From positions 78,477 through 142,476 of the forward strand of contig JAJRPM010000014.1 of the NCBI GenBank assembly GCA_024280775.1: 64,000 bases of DNA, written 5' to 3'. The stretch is from Candidatus Zixiibacteriota bacterium. GTDB lineage: Bacteria; Zixibacteria; MSB-5A5; GN15; JACZUZ01. This document shows, piece by piece, positions 58,617 to 64,000 of the stretch (position 1 is the first letter of the stretch; every line of letters begins with the position of its first letter). A program made the translations under genes and the position numbers. The notes beneath the pieces were generated by a model. It had not been told where the DNA came from, did not search any database, and saw only the letters and a list, made by a program, of their open reading frames with translations.

Positions 58617-58688
58617 TGAGGGCGGATGGGATCGAACCATCGACTTCCTGCTTAAAAGGCAGATGCTCTACCGCTGAGCTACGCCCCC
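58617..58688 (-). tRNA. tRNA-Lys (anticodon TTT)
   Basis: Folded by hand: acceptor GGGGGCG/CGCCCTC, D-arm GCTC-AGCGGTA-GAGC, anticodon arm TCTGC-CTTTTAA-GCAGG, variable loop AAGTC, T-arm GATGG-TTCGATC-CCATC, discriminator A. CCA is not encoded. Confidence 0.9.
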
Positions 58689-58796
58689 AAATGGGAAAAT
58701 GAGGTAACACTGGAAAACGACCGGATACCTAAACAACATATCCGGCCGCTATAAAAGTCAATCATGCCTCGTAAGTCAAGCCCGAAGATGTTTTGT

Positions 58797-59372
58797 CTAT
58801 TTTATAGCTACCAACTCGACATCAAATATCAAGGTTGCATCTGCGGGAATCAATCCGCTACCGGCTCCTCGTTTGCCATATCCCAATTCCGACGGAATAA
58901 TCAAAGTCCGTTGCTCGCCGACTTGCATCCCGGCGATACCTTCGTCCCAGCCTTTGATTACACGTCCGGTTCCGAGTTTGAATTCAATCGGACTTTGGCG
59001 CTTAAATGAATTGTCGAACTCTTTGCCATTTGAGGCCAGTCGACCGGCATAATGTACTGCGACATTCTGGCCGCTTTTGACTGCGTCGCCTTTGCCTTTG
59101 CGGGTGATGACATATTTCAAACCGCTTTCGGTGGTAATAGTGTCGGCCACGGCTGATTCTTCAGCCTTGGCGGAAGTTTTGTCCTGTTCCGCTTTTCCCT
59201 CTTCTTTCTTGACTGGCATTTTTTTCTTCGCTTTTGAGGCGGTAGAATCCGCGGACGCCTTTTCGGTAACTACGTCGTTTGCTACACTGGATCCTGTTGC
59301 CAAAGTGTAAACAGAACCGGTTAATGCCAGGCCAACTATTAGTAGAGCCACAGCTTTCAGATTTTTCTTCAT
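58797..59372 (-). CDS. Secreted FKBP-type peptidyl-prolyl cis-trans isomerase
   Basis: A signal peptide is followed by a low-complexity Lys/Ala/Glu linker. The FKBP_C core is GQNVAVHYAGRL.NGKEFDNS......F.LG.G.VIKGWDEG..GM.VGE...L.IP..LGYG......IP..A.L.F.VEL. Confidence 0.9.
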   Translation of the reverse strand: MKKNLKAVALLIVGLALTGSVYTLATGSSVANDVVTEKASADSTASKAKKKMPVKKEEGKAEQDKTSAKAEESAVADTITTESGLKYVITRKGKGDAVKSGQNVAVHYAGRLASNGKEFDNSFKRQSPIEFKLGTGRVIKGWDEGIAGMQVGEQRTLIIPSELGYGKRGAGSGLIPADATLIFDVELVAIK

Positions 59373-59526
59373 AAAATGATCTCCCGGGCCGTTGTTTCGT
59401 GTTTCAGATTATTCCCTGAACGCTATACGCGAAATGTCTTAAACAGTCCCATCTGACGCAAGGCCTGCTATTTGTCGTCGCCTCTAAGATACCACTGGAG
59501 CGCCCTGATAGTCAAACAGGTTCTGC

Positions 59527-60804
59527 TTAGACAAGTATGGTTTCGGCCCGCGCGGCTCCTGTCGAGACCAGCTTGATTTCCGTTCCGGTTTCATCGGCGA
59601 TAAAACGCAGATAGTTTTGAGCCTCGTTTGGCAAGTGGCCGAAGCGAGTTATTGAGCTGGTGTCGGTTTTCCATCCAGGGAATTCCCGGTATATGGGTTC
59701 GACCTTATCGAGAGTGGCCGGATCAACCGGGAAAATATCTACTAGTTTTCCGTCGATCTTGTAAGACATACAGATTTTGATGGTCTCAAACGTATCTAGG
59801 ACATCGAGTTTGGTGATTGCGAACTGTTCCACGCCGTTGATACGGCAGGCGTGTTGAAGGGCTACCAGATCGAGCCAGCCGGTGCGACGCGGTCGACCAG
59901 TGGTAGCGCCATATTCGCCGCCTTTTTCGCGGAGAATCTCGCCGGTCTTATCTGTCAGTTCGGTTGGAAATGGCCCGGCGCCTACTCGGGTGCAATAGGC
60001 TTTGACCACACCAATGACAGTTCCGACCATGCGTGGGCCGATGCCCAAGCCGGTGAGAATCCCGCCGACAGTGGTATTTGATGATGTAGCATAGGGATAC
60101 GTGCCATTATCTACATCCAGCAGAGCTCCCTGAGCGCCTTCAAAGAGAATCTTTTTGCCTTCGCCATTCAGACGATACATTTCGCTGGAGACATTGGTCA
60201 GCATCGGCGCAAAGGCTTCGCGAATCGAACAAACTCTCTCGAAAACACTGTCATAGTCACAACGCGCATCGCCCTGATGGGATGCGAAAATATCAGCGCG
60301 CAGGGTTTTGATATGCTCAAGTTTTTCGCGGAGGATTTTGTCATCGTAAATATCAACCAGGCGAATTCCACAGCGAGCGACTTTGTCCCGATATGCCGGA
60401 CCTATGCCCCGCAGGGTTGTGCCGAGCGGCGAACCGCCGCGTCTCTCTTCGTAGATTTCATCGAGGAGCTTGTGATAGGGAAGGACTAGATTTGCCGAGG
60501 AGGAGACGAAGATCCGACCCTCAAAATGAACCGACTCTTTTTTGAGCCACTCCAGCTCTTCCAGCAAGCCGAAAGGGTCGAGCACAACACCATTGCCGAT
60601 ATAGCATATTTTGTCGGGATGGACCACGCCGGAGGGGATTAGGTGCAGGATATATTTTTTGTCGCCAACGATGACTGTATGGCCGGCATTGGCTCCGCCC
60701 TGACAACGAGCGATTACGTCCATATCCGCGGCCAGCAAGTCGACCACTTTGCCCTTGCCCTCATCGCCCCACTGCAACCCTACAACTGCGATATTACTTT
60801 TCAT
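59527..60804 (-). CDS. purA: Adenylosuccinate synthetase
   Basis: VVGLQWGDEGKGKVVD..GGANAGHTV..TTLRGIGPAY..GATTGRPRRTGWLD.. are canonical PurA motifs. The ORF is 425 aa. Confidence 0.97.
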   Translation of the reverse strand: MKSNIAVVGLQWGDEGKGKVVDLLAADMDVIARCQGGANAGHTVIVGDKKYILHLIPSGVVHPDKICYIGNGVVLDPFGLLEELEWLKKESVHFEGRIFVSSSANLVLPYHKLLDEIYEERRGGSPLGTTLRGIGPAYRDKVARCGIRLVDIYDDKILREKLEHIKTLRADIFASHQGDARCDYDSVFERVCSIREAFAPMLTNVSSEMYRLNGEGKKILFEGAQGALLDVDNGTYPYATSSNTTVGGILTGLGIGPRMVGTVIGVVKAYCTRVGAGPFPTELTDKTGEILREKGGEYGATTGRPRRTGWLDLVALQHACRINGVEQFAITKLDVLDTFETIKICMSYKIDGKLVDIFPVDPATLDKVEPIYREFPGWKTDTSSITRFGHLPNEAQNYLRFIADETGTEIKLVSTGAARAETILV

Positions 60805-61093
60805 TGTATTTTCTTTCTTGAAAGAGTGTCTTTGTTAAGACAAATACTCATTTGAACGCCTTTGGTGGCGTCTATCGAACATCCCGATGATTGCCGGTTA
60901 ATCTCGCGCGCAGTTCACCACCTTCCAGAATTCCACCGGAATAGCGAAAAGCGCTCTATTTTGCCGTACGTCAGTATAGTGAAAAACAGGGTGGAGTCAA
61001 ATCATAAAGAAGTAATTGTTTAGGGAAATCCCCGATGCGGGCAATTCGAGGAACAAGCTGTGGAAGTCAGGCAGTGGAAGTCAGGCAGTGGGT

Positions 61094-62086
61094 TTACTTG
61101 AGAAACAGAAACACCATGCTACTGCTGAATACGATTTGAATCACAAATACAGCGCTTCCGATTAGCAAGGCGGTTCTGCCATCGCGTAAGATACTCGCAA
61201 AAGTGATTCGCAGGCCAATTCCGGCCATGGCTATTATCAGGGCATAGTGACTCAGGTTGCTTATCACTTCGATATAGTCTGCGGGAAGCAAGCCGAATGT
61301 GGGGACCAAAGACAATAAGACAAAGCCAATGATGAATAGCGGTACACCTGGCTTCTTTTTGGCCTTGCCAGAGTCATGATTAGTGGCGCCTCTTGAGTAC
61401 ACGAAAAGTAGTACCAAAATTAGCGGCGTTAACATCAGGATTCTGACCATTTTCACGATAGTTGCGGTTTGTCCGGTTGCTTCGCCAACGGAGAAGCCGG
61501 CGGCTACTACTTGTCCAACTGCTTGCAAGGTATTTCCGATGAGCAGTCCTGAGTTGATGTCAGTGAAGTGGAACAACACTGTTGCGATGAAGGGAAGCAA
61601 GAAAATGCCGATTGTCCCAAGGAAATTGACTATGGCAATCGAGAGCCCGACTTCTTCCTCTTTGGCGCCGATTATCTGCTCAGTTGCGGCAATTGCCGAA
61701 CTTCCGCAAACGCCATTTCCAATTCCTAACAGCAAAGCAAACTTGCTATCAAACTTCAGCGCCTTAGCAAGCAGGAGTGACACTGACAGTGTCACTATCA
61801 ACGCCAGGACGATAATAACAATCGAGTTCAGCCCTAGTTGTTGAATCACGGTGAAGTTCAAATTGACACCCATTAGGGCAATTGCAAATGAGAGCACTTT
61901 TTTCTCGCTGAATGTGATTCCCGAATTGTAGCGCGCTCCCGGCTTGGCGATGTTACCAACTATTATGCCGATGATTATTGCTAGTGACACTGTGCCAATG
62001 GAGATGTATCCTGAAAGAAAAAAAGAGACGAGTCCAATCACTGCGCAAAGCGCTACCCCGTATGTAACTTTTGCCAGATTGTTCAT
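61094..62086 (-). CDS. YeiH/UPF0324-family integral membrane protein (putative sulfate-exporter-family transporter)
   Basis: The 330-aa ORF has about 10 TM helices. The pattern ..LLLGIGNGVCGSSAIAATE.. is typical of the family. Confidence 0.6.
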   Translation of the reverse strand: MNNLAKVTYGVALCAVIGLVSFFLSGYISIGTVSLAIIIGIIVGNIAKPGARYNSGITFSEKKVLSFAIALMGVNLNFTVIQQLGLNSIVIIVLALIVTLSVSLLLAKALKFDSKFALLLGIGNGVCGSSAIAATEQIIGAKEEEVGLSIAIVNFLGTIGIFLLPFIATVLFHFTDINSGLLIGNTLQAVGQVVAAGFSVGEATGQTATIVKMVRILMLTPLILVLLFVYSRGATNHDSGKAKKKPGVPLFIIGFVLLSLVPTFGLLPADYIEVISNLSHYALIIAMAGIGLRITFASILRDGRTALLIGSAVFVIQIVFSSSMVFLFLK

Positions 62087-62153
62087 GATGTCAGATTGGT
62101 ATAGAATACAGAGTAGATATGAATAGTGAAAAGAGGCTTTATGGCGGACATTG

Positions 62154-62738
62154 TCACTGCTTCGTCTGTACAGCCTCGCGAATCCACTTCCACAGCTCAG
62201 GGGAGCCTTTGCCGGTTTGGGCGGAGAAGGGTATTACATCGCTGTTTACTACGGCATTGATTTTCCTGATAGCTTGAGTGAGCTTGTTGCCACTTAGTTT
62301 GTCACACTTGGTTAGTACAATAGTGTGGAGAACTTCATTGTCAGCTAGCCACTCGAACATGTGTTTATCATACTCGGTTAGGTCACGTCTTGAATCAATC
62401 AGGCAGACCATGCCGCTTAGTGTGCCGCCGTTCGCGAGGTAGTCATCAGTCAGTTTGCCCCATTGTTCGCGCACAGATTTTGGCGCTCGGGCGTAGCCAT
62501 AGCCGGGTAAGTCTACAAAGTAGTATTTATCATCAACTTCGAAGAAGTTTAGTGATTGTGTTCTGCCGGGGGTGGATGAAGTTTTGCAAAGACGCTTTTG
62601 TCCGAGGATTTTGTTGATTAGCGAAGATTTCCCGACATTAGAACGTCCACCAAACGCCACTTGTGGCTTTTGGTCATTCGGAATTTGGGACAACGAAAAG
62701 ACCGAGAGTTTGAATATAGCTTTGGGATGTTTCTTCAT
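62154..62738 (-). CDS. engB: Ribosome-biogenesis GTPase EngB/YihA
   Basis: The G1 motif is GRSNVGKSSLIN, G3 is DLPGYGYA and G4 is TKCDK. I use the first in-frame ATG (MKKHPK..); the track's TTG at 62768 would overlap the lon stop. Confidence 0.9.
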   Translation of the reverse strand: MKKHPKAIFKLSVFSLSQIPNDQKPQVAFGGRSNVGKSSLINKILGQKRLCKTSSTPGRTQSLNFFEVDDKYYFVDLPGYGYARAPKSVREQWGKLTDDYLANGGTLSGMVCLIDSRRDLTEYDKHMFEWLADNEVLHTIVLTKCDKLSGNKLTQAIRKINAVVNSDVIPFSAQTGKGSPELWKWIREAVQTKQ

Positions 62739-62764
62739 TAGTTGTGCCGGGAGATTTTTGGCAT

Positions 62765-64000
62765 TCAATTGACACGTGGTGTGTGTGTGGCGCCGCTGGT
62801 GTTTTTCGTTTGCCGACGACGACGGAATTGTAGTTTGTCATCGAATGCGTGACGAATAGCCTGCTCCAGAGTGCGCACAAAACGCAGTTTCAAACCGCCT
62901 GTGACTTCACTACTGAACTCGGAAAGGTCTTTGCGATTCTTTTCCGGCAGGAGCACTGTTCTTATGCCGTCACGTTTCGCCGCCAGTAGCTTCTCCTTTA
63001 GCCCGCCGATTGCCAGCACATCGCCGGTAAGCGTGACCTCACCGGTCATCGCCACTAAGGCTTTTGCGGGAGTCTTGGTTAGCGCTGAGAGTATCGCCAC
63101 CACAATAGTGATTCCAGCCGAAGGGCCGTCTTTGGGGACTGCGCCTTGCGGGACGTGCACATGGATATCGGTTTCGGAAAATGATTTGGGGTTGATTCCG
63201 AATTCTTCGGCATGGGAGCGAATATATGACAGTCCGGCGATTGCAGATTCTTTCATGACATCACCTAGCTTACCGGTCAAGGTCAACTTCCCGGCGCCTA
63301 CCATAGTAGTGACTTCAACCGGAAGAGTTTGTCCGCCAAGTTCTGTCCAAGCCAACCCTACGGCATAACCCGGCTCCGGGGCTTCCTTGACTTCTGAGCC
63401 TACGAAGCGCTCGGGGCCTAGAATTTTCTTTACATCATTCACGGAGAATTTGAATATCCGTGAAGACTTGCTTGCTTTGCCGCTCTTGCGTCGCGCGAGT
63501 TTAGTGGCTACCTGACGGAACAACATATTCAACTTGCGCTCGGCCTCACGCACACCTGCCTCGCGCGTATAGTGACGAAGCAAATATCCCAGTGTCTTGT
63601 CACTAATGTCTATCTTGACGTCACTTAGTCCCATCTCCTCGGTGAGTTTAGGAATCAGGAAGGTCTTGGCGATTTCAAGTTTTTCATATTCAGAATAACC
63701 GGATAGTCGTATTACTTCCATTCTATCGAGCAAAGGATGCGGGATACCGGCTATCGAGTTTGCAGTTGTAATAAACAGAGTCTGCGACAAATCAAAATCC
63801 AGTTCGAGATAATTATCTGAAAAGGTTTTGTTTTGCTCGGGGTCTAGCGCTTCCAACAATGCTGAAGCGGGATCACCACGGAAATCTGCGCCGATTTTGT
63901 CTATTTCATCAAGGAGGAAGACCGGATTTCTGGAGCCGGCTTTTTTGAGGCCCTGCAGAATGCGCCCGGGCAGTGAGCCGATGTAGGTGCGGCGATGTCC
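62765..64000 (-). CDS. lon: ATP-dependent Lon protease, C-terminal ~411 codons; the gene runs off the right edge of the window
   Basis: My translation from base 64000 downwards reads GHRRTYIGSLPGRILQGLKKAGSRNPVFLLDEIDKIGADFRGDPASALLEALDPEQN.., in frame with the track ORF. The proteolytic domain follows, with ..PKDGPSAGITIV.. (catalytic Ser) and ..GGLKEKLLAAKRDGI.. (catalytic Lys). Confidence 0.95.
   Translation of the reverse strand, partial: GHRRTYIGSLPGRILQGLKKAGSRNPVFLLDEIDKIGADFRGDPASALLEALDPEQNKTFSDNYLELDFDLSQTLFITTANSIAGIPHPLLDRMEVIRLSGYSEYEKLEIAKTFLIPKLTEEMGLSDVKIDISDKTLGYLLRHYTREAGVREAERKLNMLFRQVATKLARRKSGKASKSSRIFKFSVNDVKKILGPERFVGSEVKEAPEPGYAVGLAWTELGGQTLPVEVTTMVGAGKLTLTGKLGDVMKESAIAGLSYIRSHAEEFGINPKSFSETDIHVHVPQGAVPKDGPSAGITIVVAILSALTKTPAKALVAMTGEVTLTGDVLAIGGLKEKLLAAKRDGIRTVLLPEKNRKDLSEFSSEVTGGLKLRFVRTLEQAIRHAFDDKLQFRRRRQTKNTSGATHTPRVN

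Noticed and set aside
61060-61091. A tandem direct repeat GTGGAAGTCAGGCA, 2.3 copies, just downstream of the YeiH-like gene.
   Set aside because: It is very short with a low copy number, and no associated structure or gene is evident. It is noted only as a minor microsatellite-like duplication.

Overview
The window is mostly chromosomal sequence with short intergenic gaps. It probably comes from an uncultivated Gram-negative bacterium. That guess rests on a T9SS-type C-terminal sorting domain, many dockerin-like secreted proteins and PD40-propeller kinases. All calls come from reading the ORF translations and the DNA by eye; no searches were run. Left to right: (1) 1-3859, minus strand, a molybdenum-cofactor operon mobA-mobB-moaA-moaC-moaB-moeA, preceded by a structured leader with a terminator/antiterminator. 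(2) 4110-11463, minus strand, a Thermus-like respiratory nitrate reductase operon narC-narG-narH-narJ-narI; narG carries a single in-frame TAG. (3) 11861-26066, minus strand, a TonB-C lipoprotein followed by five consecutive Ser/Thr kinases. One has a TPR tail. The other four are tightly packed paralogs with near-invariant kinase domains and divergent TolB/PD40 propeller ectodomains. (4) 26286-45507 is secretome-rich and repeat-rich. It holds an M64 peptidase-dockerin-propeller protein, recQ, a T9SS cargo, typA, a membrane TPR protein, an FG-GAP protein, an integrase remnant next to tRNA-Met(CAT), lpd, and two tandem paralogs. Four of these proteins share a cysteine-bracketed double dockerin-like module. 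(5) 45799-50191 is a polyamine operon (XRE-cupin regulator, speH, an ODC-like decarboxylase, speE, a GATase, a DinB-family protein) with a near-consensus promoter and a palindromic operator. (6) 50766-64000 holds a YCII-like gene, a secreted fibre with a phage-type S74 self-cleaving chaperone domain, a repeat lipoprotein, a CapK-like ligase, lepA, tRNA-Lys, an FKBP isomerase, purA, a YeiH-like transporter, engB and a partial lon. Several families of small palindromic or MITE-like repeats cluster in the intergenic regions near 15.2, 29.0-29.2, 35.6-36.1, 40.3-40.5 and 50.2-50.7 kb. I found no CRISPR array, rRNA, intact mobile element or recognisable defence system.
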